Assembly (NCBI GenBank): GCA_041649155.1
Contig: JBAZNP010000001.1
Coordinates: 67,581 to 131,580, forward strand
Reading direction: 5' to 3'
DNA length: 64,000 nucleotides
DNA from: Patescibacteria group bacterium
GTDB lineage: Bacteria; Patescibacteriota; UBA1384; XYA2-FULL-43-10; 1-14-0-10-43-13
In this document: piece after piece, positions 28,524 through 39,082 of the stretch
How positions within the stretch are numbered: position 1 is the first letter of the stretch
Layout of the letters: the number at the start of each line of letters is the position of its first letter
Notes under the pieces: model-generated
The model's database searches: none
What the model was told of the DNA's origin: nothing
The model's input: only the letters and a program-made list of their open reading frames with translations
Program-made: the position numbers and the translations under genes

Positions 28524-29660
28524 TTACTTTTGTGACGAAGGCATAATCTTCCAGAAATTCATTCCCAGAATTCCCAATGAAAGTAAGAATAAGAGAACAA
28601 TTGTTACCCAACCGATTATTGGAACAAGACTAATCAAAGTAAGGGAAACCACTCCGACCAAGGCAGAAAGCCAGTCAACTTTGAGATCTTTATCCTTTTT
28701 AATTAGTTTAATAATGTAGCTTCCAGCAACCAGAGGAGACAAAAGCGTTGAAAGCAGTAATAACAATCCATAAATTAAGCAAACAATAATTGCCAGTTTT
28801 ATCCCAATTATAGTCACCATCAAGAATATGCTGGCAATCGGAACTATGATAATAGTAAGTAATCCCCAGCCAATTTTAGCCCAATAATTCTTAAACGCAC
28901 TTTCCACCACCGATTTGGCAGGCTTGGGAAACATTAACACTAGCACTAGCAGAGTTATAAATGATATCAAAATACTATAAATCACTTCTGTGGCTCGCAT
29001 TGACTTCCATACATGCTCGCCTGTGCTGATTTCTTTATAATCAACACTTCCGGTTATTGATGCGTTGGAAGATATATTTGCCTCATTTGGCGAAGAATAA
29101 GAAAGTTTGCCATTAATCTTTGCATTATCACCAATAGTTAAATCGCTCACGTTTTTTATGACAACGTCTCCGCTAATTTCGCCATTTATGGAGATTTTCT
29201 CACCGGAGGCATATACTTTGCCTTTAATGTTACCATTAATATTTACAAGGCTTCCGGCGATTATAAGATCGCCATCTATCTCGCTGTTTTTATCCAAATC
29301 AACAGAATTACCGGCAACTGTTAAATCCTGACCAATTTTTCCGCTCACAGAAACGCTTCCACCGGCTACTCTGGCATTTTTACCGATATCCCCTTTTATA
29401 TTCAACGTTCCGCCGGCAGCTAAAAGATCATCTTCGATCTTATTGTTAATAACTACTGTACTACCAGCTGCGACCAAGTCGCTTTTTATCTCTCCGTCAA
29501 CGTTAACCGTGTTGCCCGCAACATAGAGATTTTTTAAAACCTCATTCTTACCGATTACAACTGTGGCATCTGCCTCTTTTGAGCTTCTAAACTCGGCAGC
29601 AAACACCATCGTTGGTGCTAAAACTAGCAACCCAAGCAAAAGAACAAATAGCTTTTTCAT
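28524..29660 (-). CDS. Beta-helical repeat protein (bactofilin/DUF342-like repeats) with an N-terminal signal peptide and a C-terminal multi-TM domain
   Basis: Repeated …G.V.V.G.I.GDL.AAG… units over about 180 aa. The N-terminus MKKLFVLLLGLLVLAPTMVFA is a signal peptide. Four TM helices at the C-terminus. Confidence 0.5.
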   Translation of the reverse strand: MKKLFVLLLGLLVLAPTMVFAAEFRSSKEADATVVIGKNEVLKNLYVAGNTVNVDGEIKSDLVAAGSTVVINNKIEDDLLAAGGTLNIKGDIGKNARVAGGSVSVSGKIGQDLTVAGNSVDLDKNSEIDGDLIIAGSLVNINGNIKGKVYASGEKISINGEISGDVVIKNVSDLTIGDNAKINGKLSYSSPNEANISSNASITGSVDYKEISTGEHVWKSMRATEVIYSILISFITLLVLVLMFPKPAKSVVESAFKNYWAKIGWGLLTIIIVPIASIFLMVTIIGIKLAIIVCLIYGLLLLLSTLLSPLVAGSYIIKLIKKDKDLKVDWLSALVGVVSLTLISLVPIIGWVTIVLLFLLSLGILGMNFWKIMPSSQK

Positions 29661-29750
29661 GATACTCCTTATGTCTATTTTTCTTTATTTTATGTTTTTT
29701 GGTTCAATAAAACAATGCTAAAGCTTATAAGCGCTAAAATGGTAAATTGA

Positions 29751-29918
29751 TTAGATAAATCTCCGCTCATCGAACATCTCGTCAAACAACTTTACAACCT
29801 CATAACCAACCTGCACCAAGTCATAATCATTGCGAGAATTCTGATGAGTTTGAATTATATCGTTGACAGATTTTGTAAATTCACGGCAAAGACCGTTGTT
29901 CCAGATTTCTTGTTCCAT
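29751..29918 (-). CDS. hypothetical small acidic protein (55 aa)
   Basis: ORF MEQEIWNNGLCREF…; the RBS is weak (AAGGGG, 10-nt spacer). Confidence 0.25.
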   Translation of the reverse strand: MEQEIWNNGLCREFTKSVNDIIQTHQNSRNDYDLVQVGYEVVKLFDEMFDERRFI

Positions 29919-30101
29919 ATAATAAATACCCCTTGTTATTTAGATTAATTAGATCGGAATGAGAATTTATCATAATCTTAGTTAAGAAAAATTAAATAAA
30001 AGTTAAAGATTTTCTTAAGAAATTATTTACTGTTCTGGATAATTTTGACAAGGAGGAAGGTTAATAATACAATGTTATTGATTAATGATTTGAGGTATTA
30101 A

Positions 30102-30770
30102 ATGAAAATTCTACTAATAGACGATGATGAATCTATAAGAAATTTCCTAAAATCAGCCCTAGAATCCGAATGTTTTGAAGTTGATTTGGCTGAAGACGGA
30201 GAAAAAGGATCTTTTTTGAGTCGGACAAATGATTATGACGTTATCATTTGTGATTATTCTCTCCCCAAGAAAAACGGACAACAGATTTGTGAAGAAATAC
30301 GAAAAGACGAAAAAGACACTCCTATTCTAATGCTGTCGGTAGAAGGAGAATCGCAAATGAAGGCTGATTTGTTGAACATTGGAGCGGATGACTATCTCAC
30401 CAAGCCTTTTTCATTGGAAGAATTGCTGGCCAGAGTCAGGGCGCTTCTTAGAAGACCAAACCAGATTAAAAACGATATTCTTAAAATTGATGATCTAATC
30501 ATTGATACAAAAAAGCACTTGGTAAAGCGGGGTGAAAAAGAAATTTATCTAACAATGAAAGAGTTTATGCTTCTGGAATATCTAATGCGTAGTAGAGGCG
30601 CTGTCCAATCCAGAGCTATAATTCTTGAACATGTTTGGGACATGAATGCAGATTTATTTTCGAACACAATTGAAGCGCATATTTCTAATTTAAGACGCAA
30701 AATAGACACTAAAGGTAAAAATAAACTTATCCACACCATTCCAGGTCGTGGATATAAAATCGATATATAA
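30102..30770 (+). CDS. OmpR-family response regulator (REC plus winged-helix)
   Basis: ILLIDDD…D…K, then a C-terminal trans_reg_C region (…IHTIPGRGYKI). Confidence 0.9.
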   Translation: MKILLIDDDESIRNFLKSALESECFEVDLAEDGEKGSFLSRTNDYDVIICDYSLPKKNGQQICEEIRKDEKDTPILMLSVEGESQMKADLLNIGADDYLTKPFSLEELLARVRALLRRPNQIKNDILKIDDLIIDTKKHLVKRGEKEIYLTMKEFMLLEYLMRSRGAVQSRAIILEHVWDMNADLFSNTIEAHISNLRRKIDTKGKNKLIHTIPGRGYKIDI

Positions 30771-30899
30771 TTTAACAATTTCTTAATCTTTTCTTAATAT
30801 TGTTTTAAGGATAATTTAAAAAACGGGCATTTTAAACTTCATTGAATTCTAGGTCGAAGGATTCTTTCTCTATGCTCGAATAATGTTAAGGAGGGAACC

Positions 30900-31013
30900 A
30901 TGAAAGAAGTTATGGCACAAATGCTTACTGACAAAAGCATGCGGTCAAAGGAAGCTGCAAAAGAAGCTGCTGTAAAATACGCAGCAGAACCATTTACTTA
31001 CTGGGCCTACTAA
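30900..31013 (+). CDS. 37-aa peptide ORF (MKEVMAQMLTDKSMRSKEAAKEAAVKYAAEPFTYWAY) between the RR and HK genes. It is a candidate signalling-peptide precursor.
   Basis: Perfect AGGAGG RBS 6 nt upstream, an aromatic Trp-containing C-terminus, and a 12-bp stem-loop immediately downstream. Not in the ORF track. Confidence 0.5.
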   Translation: MKEVMAQMLTDKSMRSKEAAKEAAVKYAAEPFTYWAY

Positions 31014-31020
31014 TATGATA

Positions 31021-31050
31021 AGCAAACAAGGCAACTTTGCCTTGTTTGCT
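31021..31050 (+). promoter_or_regulatory. Perfect 12-bp stem-loop (agcaaacaaggc-aacttt-gccttgtttgct) between the peptide ORF and the kinase gene
   Basis: Read directly. There is no T-tract, so this is a possible attenuator or processing/stability element. Confidence 0.5.
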
Positions 31051-31063
31051 TACTAAAAAAACA

Positions 31064-32440
31064 ATGCTAAAAAATATATTTTATAGACTTATTAAACACA
31101 GACCAGAGAAAAGAGGTGACCAGGTTATATATCTTTTATTATTAATATTCTTAATAATCGCTTTTTCCTGTTTTTCCATAGTATTAGCAAGTAATTTAAT
31201 TGGCCACGGCGGTTCAGTAATACTCTCTCTTACCTTTGTTCTACTAATAATCTCTGCGATTTATGCCTTTCAAGCTGGATATATAAAAATTGTAAATTAT
31301 TTTTTCTTATTTCTAATCCTCTTTGGCTATTACAATATTGTTCATAATTCTGGTGTTGAAAATTTATTTGCCATATTGCTGATGGTCTTCTACATTATCA
31401 TCTCAGCTATAATGTTTAAAAGCAGATCATTCCTCGTCAGCATTCTGGTCCTATTTTTTATTTTCATAACTCAAAGCCGGCTAGAAATTAAGGGTTTAGT
31501 CTCTCCGGATTTAAGCTGGCGCGCTTCGACAACTACCATTTCAGACATAGCTGCAATAAGCGTCATCCTTTCACTAATCATATTTATTTCATGGTTATTT
31601 AACCGTGAAATAAATAGTTATATTCATCAGTTAGAAGAATCTCAAAAGCTGCTCAGAAAAGAAAGAGATCTTTTGGAAATAAGAGTTAAGGAGAGAACAA
31701 AACAATTACAAAAAGAACAATTAGATAGACTGTCTGAGCTGTCGAAATTTGCGGAATTTGGGAGGTTAGCACAAGGACTCTTTCATGATCTTGCTAATCC
31801 GCTGACTGCACTTTCTCTTAATTTAAATCAAATAAAGAAAAAAAAGGATTCTTCTAAGATTAAAGTATATATGCAAGAGACAAATGCAGCAGCAGAGAAT
31901 ATGAAAAAATTGATAGACTCAACTATGATTTATTCTCAAAACAAATTAATCAAAGGATCATTTTCAATTATTGAAGAATTAAAAAATGCGCAATTGATTT
32001 GTAATTATAAATCAAGACAAACAGGAGTAAGTCTACATTTCCAAGATAAAAATGATATTAAATTATTCGGCAATAGAACAAGATTTTCACAATTAATATG
32101 CAACATGGTATTGAATGCTATTGAAGCTTACGAGGAACAAAAATCAAAGATCAACGAAAGTGATGAAAAGGAAATTAGTATTAGTTTTAGTAAGACAGAC
32201 AATGATGTGACAATAATTATAAAAGATAACGCTCTCGGTATGCCGGAAAAAATTAAAGAGAATATTTTCAGACCATTTTATAGCACAAAAAAACATATGG
32301 GAAACTCTGGCATTGGTCTTTCTATGTGCAAGGACATTGTTGAGAGTGATTTTATGGGAAAAATAGAACTAAACAGCCAGCATCATAAGGGTACCGAATT
32401 TATTATTACCATACCATTGGTGGTACAGGAAAAAAATTAA
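31064..32440 (+). CDS. Sensor histidine kinase (multi-TM sensor, HisKA, HATPase_c)
   Basis: 6 TM helices, FHDLANPLT H-box, and N/G boxes (NAIEAY…GIGLSMC). The start is taken at ATG 31064; the track's TTG start at 31037 lies inside the hairpin. Confidence 0.85.
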   Translation: MLKNIFYRLIKHRPEKRGDQVIYLLLLIFLIIAFSCFSIVLASNLIGHGGSVILSLTFVLLIISAIYAFQAGYIKIVNYFFLFLILFGYYNIVHNSGVENLFAILLMVFYIIISAIMFKSRSFLVSILVLFFIFITQSRLEIKGLVSPDLSWRASTTTISDIAAISVILSLIIFISWLFNREINSYIHQLEESQKLLRKERDLLEIRVKERTKQLQKEQLDRLSELSKFAEFGRLAQGLFHDLANPLTALSLNLNQIKKKKDSSKIKVYMQETNAAAENMKKLIDSTMIYSQNKLIKGSFSIIEELKNAQLICNYKSRQTGVSLHFQDKNDIKLFGNRTRFSQLICNMVLNAIEAYEEQKSKINESDEKEISISFSKTDNDVTIIIKDNALGMPEKIKENIFRPFYSTKKHMGNSGIGLSMCKDIVESDFMGKIELNSQHHKGTEFIITIPLVVQEKN

Positions 32441-32441
32441 A

Positions 32442-34376
32442 ATGTCTGATAGAGGAAATCTTGATCACGCCATTTTAAAGAGCATCAAATTCATAACAGA
32501 ACAGCAAAATCCAGACGGCTCATTTAATAGCTATTCACACAAGGAGTCTAACCCTGCAAAAACAGAGTCATTTGTGACTATTTTTTACACATCGTTGATT
32601 TTATATAGCATATCTCAAATTAAAAATTCAAAGCTTTCAAAAATAAAAGACACGGCTTGTAATTTTTTATTAAGCGAAAAAAATAAGGACGGGACTTATA
32701 ATTATTGGGCAAAGAGTTTTTCAAAATACAAAACCGAATCATGCCCAAATGATCTAGATGATACTTCGTGTGCCTTATCAGCATTGTTTGCATGCGATCA
32801 AAATTTAATAAAAGAGGACGCATTAGCCCAAATTACTCAAGTTCTAATAAACTCAGAATATGAAGAAGGTGGGCCTTATTTTACTTGGATTGTTCCTAAA
32901 AATGCCGACTCAAAATGGAAAGACATCGATCTTGCAGTCAATACAAACATTGGGCTCTTTCTTTCGATGCTTGGAATAACATTACCGAATATTGAAAAAT
33001 TAATCGAAAATGCAATAGAAAAAGAAGAATTTTCTTCAACATACTATCCCAATTATTCAACTTTGTACTTCATTTCAAGATTTTACAAGGGAAAATTAAA
33101 AGAAAAATTAATACAATTTATACAAAAGGAAAACTCCAAGCCTTTTAAAAATTCTCTGGAATGCGTTTTACTTGGAATTTCATTATTAAATTTAGAAGAA
33201 GAACAAGCCAAAGTCCAAAATAATATTGACTATCTATTAAAAAACCAGCAAAAAAATGGTTCTTTTGGTTCTCACGTATTTATCATCGAACGATCATACA
33301 AAAAAGATAAACGGCTTTCAGGATCAGAAGCCTTTACTGCAATATTGGCGATAGAACTAATGACTAAATATCAGGAACCTAAAATAGATAAAAAAAGTGT
33401 GATAAAATATGATAAATTTTCCAACTTAAAAAATTTAGTCGCCAATCATGCTAGCGAATTAATCAAAAGCAGATTTAAAGATGATTTAGCAGATCAATTT
33501 AATATTTTTCTAAAGAAAATTATTAGTTCTGATCATGATGGACAAATTATTATTCACCCATATCTATTCATAAACTCGCTTAAGAAAAGAACTTTTTTAT
33601 TTAAAGAAAATGAAAAAGTTTTACTCGACACAGCAGTTGCCGGAATGTTCGGCTGGCTCTCCTATACAATATTTGACAATAATATCGATGAAAAAAAAGA
33701 TTTAGATAAACTCCCCTTAGCGATAATTTGCAACAGAGAACTGGAAGAATTATTTTGTAAAAACAATCCCGATTTTAAACCAATTTTCCGAATGCTAATA
33801 GACAGAGTAGATTATGCTAATTTTTATGAATTTAAATATGCTCGCCTTGATAATAAGTCGAATTATTCTTTAGAGAAAATTTACCCGAATGTTGAATTTA
33901 TTGCAGAAAAATCCATTGCTCATTGCCTTGGACCATTGTCGATCATGACCAAACTCGGTTTTTCTCCTGAAAGTCAGGAGTTTAAGGATTTGTTCTCTTT
34001 CTACCAAAATTATTTAATTGCAAGACAACTAAACGACGATGCTCATGATTGGGAAGAAGACTTTACGCGAGGACAAATTAATTATGCAGGAGAAATTCTG
34101 CTAAGAGATTTTAAGAAAATAAATAACAGAAAAGCCGATATTTCAAAAGATCTTCTTGAACTGAGAAAATTATTTTGGGACAAGACTATTCTGGAAGTCT
34201 GCAACATAATTAAAAATAAAATTACAGAAGCAAAAGCAAACCTACTTTCGCTTTCTGGGATATTAGATCAAAATTATCTCAAAAACAAGCTAGACGAACT
34301 AGAAAGATCTGCGGAGAAAGCCATCAAAGAAAGACTAAAAACAAAGCAGTTTCTAAATGCTTTAGATTTAGACTAG
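32442..34376 (+). CDS. Two-domain protein. The N-terminal half has prenyltransferase/squalene-cyclase-type repeats (QQNPDGSF, KDGTYNYW). The C-terminal half is isoprenoid-synthase-like with Asp-rich motifs (IFDNNIDE … NDDAHDWEE).
   Basis: Q/K-x-x-DG-S/T-F/Y repeats are typical of alpha/alpha-barrel prenyltransferase/terpene cyclase folds. The C-terminal motifs are spaced about 120 aa apart, like the DDxxD and NSE/DTE motifs of class I isoprenoid synthases. The ATG is 1 nt after the kinase stop. Confidence 0.4.
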   Translation: MSDRGNLDHAILKSIKFITEQQNPDGSFNSYSHKESNPAKTESFVTIFYTSLILYSISQIKNSKLSKIKDTACNFLLSEKNKDGTYNYWAKSFSKYKTESCPNDLDDTSCALSALFACDQNLIKEDALAQITQVLINSEYEEGGPYFTWIVPKNADSKWKDIDLAVNTNIGLFLSMLGITLPNIEKLIENAIEKEEFSSTYYPNYSTLYFISRFYKGKLKEKLIQFIQKENSKPFKNSLECVLLGISLLNLEEEQAKVQNNIDYLLKNQQKNGSFGSHVFIIERSYKKDKRLSGSEAFTAILAIELMTKYQEPKIDKKSVIKYDKFSNLKNLVANHASELIKSRFKDDLADQFNIFLKKIISSDHDGQIIIHPYLFINSLKKRTFLFKENEKVLLDTAVAGMFGWLSYTIFDNNIDEKKDLDKLPLAIICNRELEELFCKNNPDFKPIFRMLIDRVDYANFYEFKYARLDNKSNYSLEKIYPNVEFIAEKSIAHCLGPLSIMTKLGFSPESQEFKDLFSFYQNYLIARQLNDDAHDWEEDFTRGQINYAGEILLRDFKKINNRKADISKDLLELRKLFWDKTILEVCNIIKNKITEAKANLLSLSGILDQNYLKNKLDELERSAEKAIKERLKTKQFLNALDLD

Positions 34377-34410
34377 TCATGTTTTATTGAAATGTTGCTC
34401 AATACAATAA

Positions 34411-34437
34411 ATAGAGCAAAAAAATTTGCTCTATTTA
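34411..34437 (+). terminator. Intrinsic terminator (aatagagcaaa-aaaat-ttgctctatt followed by T-rich sequence)
   Basis: Perfect 10-bp stem. Confidence 0.55.
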
Positions 34438-34516
34438 TTTAAGCTAAACATTTAATCTGTCCAAGATCATTCTCCCCTCTCGATTGAGGGGAGATGGCTC
34501 GAAGCATGCAGCACAG

Positions 34517-34909
34517 CTATTGAAGCGCATACTGCACGTCGTTTTTAAATATCATTGAGGATTTAGTTATCCCCAAAATGTTGAGCACCCTATATGGCCT
34601 GCTTGAGTTACTACATATGATCACTCCGCGGCAATCATTGTCCATAACCTTACGGATGCATGCCAATATAGTTTTTACCCCTTCACTGTCGATAAAGGAC
34701 AGATCGTTTAAATTAAAAAACCAATCCGATTCCCCATCATTGTTTTCTTCAAAAGCCTGACTCACTACATCACAAACACTGAAATCTACATATCCACATC
34801 CAAAAGTCATCATCTTAATGCCCTCGGAAATATCAGTTATTTTGATCTCAGCCGGTTTTGACTCTGTCTCCGAGTCATTGCTCATCCCGAGTTCCTCCAT
34901 ACTAATCAC
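34517..34909 (-). CDS. STAS-domain protein (anti-sigma-factor antagonist-like)
   Basis: …LNDLSFIDSEGV…VLNILGIT… matches the SpoIIAA-like STAS pattern. Confidence 0.6.
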   Translation of the reverse strand: MISMEELGMSNDSETESKPAEIKITDISEGIKMMTFGCGYVDFSVCDVVSQAFEENNDGESDWFFNLNDLSFIDSEGVKTILACIRKVMDNDCRGVIICSNSSRPYRVLNILGITKSSMIFKNDVQYALQ

Positions 34910-35164
34910 TCTTCTCCCCCCCCGTCATGTTTTTGAATTCCCTATGTCAATTAAGACATCAAATTCATGATGACCAAAATCGCCTTCCATTTCACTTGCA
35001 TTTTAAATAAAAAATAACAAAATAAATTTTATATTTTGTTTATTATTACAAAAATACAGTTTCATTCTTGAAAAAAGCAGCTAAAGCCTGATATAATACT
35101 AGATATTGAGCAATATGATATCTCAATTATTAATTAATTTGCGCTAACTAAACAAGGAGACTAA

Positions 35165-36451
<1,287 letters not shown>

Positions 36452-36512
36452 CTTCTTTGTTGTTTTTAATTTAGAAATTATAATTTAAGATTTACGACCA
36501 AAGGGAGTTTGT

Positions 36513-37136
36513 ATGGCTTATTTAGTGCTGGTACGTCACGGACAATCAGAATGGAACCTTTTAAATAAATGGACCGGACATGTTGATGTGGAATTAACAG
36601 AAAGAGGCAAGGAAGAAGCCAAGAAAGCAGCACTTTTGCTGAAAGATATTCCTCTTCACAAGGCTCACACCTCAGATCTTAAGCGGGCGCAAAAAACTCT
36701 TGAGATAATATTGGATGAGTTAAATTCGAAAGATATTGATGTAAAAAAAGATGCCGCCATAAAAGAACGTGACTATGGTGATCTTACAGGTATGGATAAG
36801 GGGGAAGCAAGAAAAAAGTTTGGAGAAGAAAAGTTTATGCTTTACAGAAGAAGCTGGGACGTAGCTCCCCCAAAAGGAGAAAGTCTTAAGGATACTGCTG
36901 ATAGAGCAATTCCATATTATGAAAATCATGTATTAAAGGATCTCAAAAACGGAAATAATGTTATTGTTGCTGCTCATGGAAATACATTACGAGCGATCAT
37001 TAAACATCTTGAAGATGTCGCTGAACACGAAATCCCTAGTTTGGAAATTGGAACAGGTGTTGTTTATGTATATGAAATCGACGAAAAAGGAAAAATTATA
37101 TCTAAAGAAATAAGAGATCACTCAAAAGAGCAATAA
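36513..37136 (+). CDS. gpmA: 2,3-bisphosphoglycerate-dependent phosphoglycerate mutase / histidine-phosphatase family
   Basis: LVRHGQSEWN (RHG motif) and a distal His. It follows eno. Confidence 0.75.
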   Translation: MAYLVLVRHGQSEWNLLNKWTGHVDVELTERGKEEAKKAALLLKDIPLHKAHTSDLKRAQKTLEIILDELNSKDIDVKKDAAIKERDYGDLTGMDKGEARKKFGEEKFMLYRRSWDVAPPKGESLKDTADRAIPYYENHVLKDLKNGNNVIVAAHGNTLRAIIKHLEDVAEHEIPSLEIGTGVVYVYEIDEKGKIISKEIRDHSKEQ

Positions 37137-37158
37137 AATTTACAAAACCAGATTTAAA

Positions 37159-37190
37159 AAATGCTCTCGCTTGAGAGCATTTTTTAAATA
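37159..37190. terminator. Bidirectional intrinsic terminator (aaaaaatgctctc-gcttga-gagcatttttt)
   Basis: Perfect stem flanked by A- and T-tracts, between the convergent gpmA and PPIase operons. Confidence 0.6.
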
Positions 37191-37315
37191 TTTTTGAATT
37201 ACGAATTGTGAGCCCTTGTCAAATTTCGACGGTTGCAACCCAGATATGACATCGGGGCTAGAAATTTGATGAAGGTGAGCGTAATTTCGTAATTGAAAGT
37301 AATATGTAGATTGAC

Positions 37316-37438
37316 TTATCTTATCTCTTTTTCCTGCCTTACAGGCTCTCCTGCCACATTCTTTTGCCATTTAATAACCCCGAAAACCGCAAATCCAATG
37401 GCCAACAAAGCAATTACGGTAAGAATGGTTTTTTTCAT
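37316..37438 (-). CDS. hypothetical 40-aa membrane peptide, translationally coupled to the upstream PPIase gene (stop and start 1 nt apart)
   Basis: ATG lies 1 nt after the TAG of 37440..38480. It encodes MKKTILTVIALLAIGFAVFGVIKW…. Confidence 0.3.
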   Translation of the reverse strand: MKKTILTVIALLAIGFAVFGVIKWQKNVAGEPVRQEKEIR

Positions 37439-37439
37439 A

Positions 37440-38480
37440 CTATTTAATAAACTTGAGAACTAAGCTTTTCTTTTTTAAAGCATCAAGCCAATCACCGAAA
37501 GATTTTTCAATCTCACCCGTTTTTGCTTCCACTTTGATAATATGCCAACCAAATTCACTTCTGACGGGTTCTGATATTTCGCCGACTTTAGTTGAAAAAG
37601 CGGCCGTCGAAAACTCAGATACCATCTCTCCTACTGCGAATGGCTCAAGTGCTCCGCCTTGTTCTGCACTACCAACATCTTCTGAATACTTCTTTGCTGC
37701 CTCGGAAAAATCAAGGCCACCTTTTATCTCGTTCAGATATCCGTCAATCTTGGCTTTTCCCTCGGCAACTTTATCATCAGGCGCATTCTCATCAACACGA
37801 ACCAAAATATGACTGACTGTAACCTTTGCTATTAAATCGTTATCGAGTTTATCTCTTACCATTTGGGTTTTAACTAAGTTCTTGAATTGTTTTAGGTTTA
37901 ACCCATATAAATCAGAAAGAACCTTATCAACTTTTTCCTGACCGCCATTCTGATCGATTATTTCCTGAACTGCAGAATCAACATCTTCCTTGCTTACACT
38001 CGACTTGTTTAAGAAAGCCTGAAATCCGATTAATTTATTCTCGATTAGCTGATCAAGAATTTGCTTGTCAATTTCAGTAAAGTCCACATTGTCCTGCTCG
38101 GTTGCATTATAGAAGTGATGTATGTAATCCTTCTCGTGTAAATAGTCATTGTAAGTTACAAAATCCTGATTAGCTATCGCTACAGGAAATGGTATAATTT
38201 TTGAAACAATTCTTGTAGCTTTATCTTCAGATTTAAACCCATACACTAAAATTCCGAACACGATCTGCACCAAAACAATCAGTATTATCAAGAATAAACA
38301 TATTCTCTGGGTTACTTTAGAAGTTAAAAAAGATTTTACTTTTTCACTCGTAAAAAAGCTTTTAATTGAAACTGTTACCCTAAGAGCAACAGTCTTTGTC
38401 TTAATCCAAAAAGCTTTTATCCAGTTGATAACTTTTCCGTTTCTTAAGAAATTGGTAATGTTTTTCATTTTTTTCTCCAC
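37440..38480 (-). CDS. PpiC-type peptidyl-prolyl cis-trans isomerase (PrsA/SurA-like) with an N-terminal TM anchor
   Basis: Parvulin core …VSHILV…GGALEPFAVGEMV…GWHIIKV… preceded by a chaperone-like region. Confidence 0.8.
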   Translation of the reverse strand: MEKKMKNITNFLRNGKVINWIKAFWIKTKTVALRVTVSIKSFFTSEKVKSFLTSKVTQRICLFLIILIVLVQIVFGILVYGFKSEDKATRIVSKIIPFPVAIANQDFVTYNDYLHEKDYIHHFYNATEQDNVDFTEIDKQILDQLIENKLIGFQAFLNKSSVSKEDVDSAVQEIIDQNGGQEKVDKVLSDLYGLNLKQFKNLVKTQMVRDKLDNDLIAKVTVSHILVRVDENAPDDKVAEGKAKIDGYLNEIKGGLDFSEAAKKYSEDVGSAEQGGALEPFAVGEMVSEFSTAAFSTKVGEISEPVRSEFGWHIIKVEAKTGEIEKSFGDWLDALKKKSLVLKFIK

Positions 38481-38515
38481 ATAATAAACTCATTATACTA
38501 AACAACCGCAGAAAA

Positions 38516-39082
38516 TCAAATCGCCCCACCCCACGACGAAGATACAAACAGCATTAAAATGATCAATATAGCAATTATAACATATGTAGCCAGTTTGCCA
38601 GAATGCCTAGCTAAAACGGTATATGAAAAGCCGACAAACAAATAACTGACGATCGCTATTATTAAGCTTTTACTCAATGGACTTATTAGAAAATAACTTA
38701 AACCAAGAAATATCTCCAGAATGATAATGCAAAATAAAACTAAATAAATCAATCTTTTGTTGCCAAGAATACCGATCTTTTGTTCAACATAAAGGTAAAC
38801 ATATCCGAAGATCACAAGAAGACCCAACATTATAAGCCAGACTGGAAGGTTATATTGAAAAAGAAAGCCGTAAAATGCATAGGCTGAGGTAAAAGAAAGA
38901 TAGATAAGTAAGAATATTGGCGCTGTTTCCATCAACGCTAAGATTAAAGCAAAAAACCCGAACGATATTATCAATATTTTTGTTGAAGGATTTTGATTAA
39001 GCTGATAAAAAGAAATAACGCCCCACAATATAATGAGACTGAGCAGAAATTTTCGACTTATTTTATTGTACAGGAAAGCCAT
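38516..39082 (-). CDS. hypothetical polytopic membrane protein
   Basis: 188 aa, about 6 TM segments. Confidence 0.45.
   Translation of the reverse strand: MAFLYNKISRKFLLSLIILWGVISFYQLNQNPSTKILIISFGFFALILALMETAPIFLLIYLSFTSAYAFYGFLFQYNLPVWLIMLGLLVIFGYVYLYVEQKIGILGNKRLIYLVLFCIIILEIFLGLSYFLISPLSKSLIIAIVSYLFVGFSYTVLARHSGKLATYVIIAILIILMLFVSSSWGGAI

Noticed and set aside
31037-31063. A TTG start for the histidine kinase.
   Set aside because: It lies inside the perfect 12-bp hairpin and has no RBS. The ATG at 31064 is used instead.
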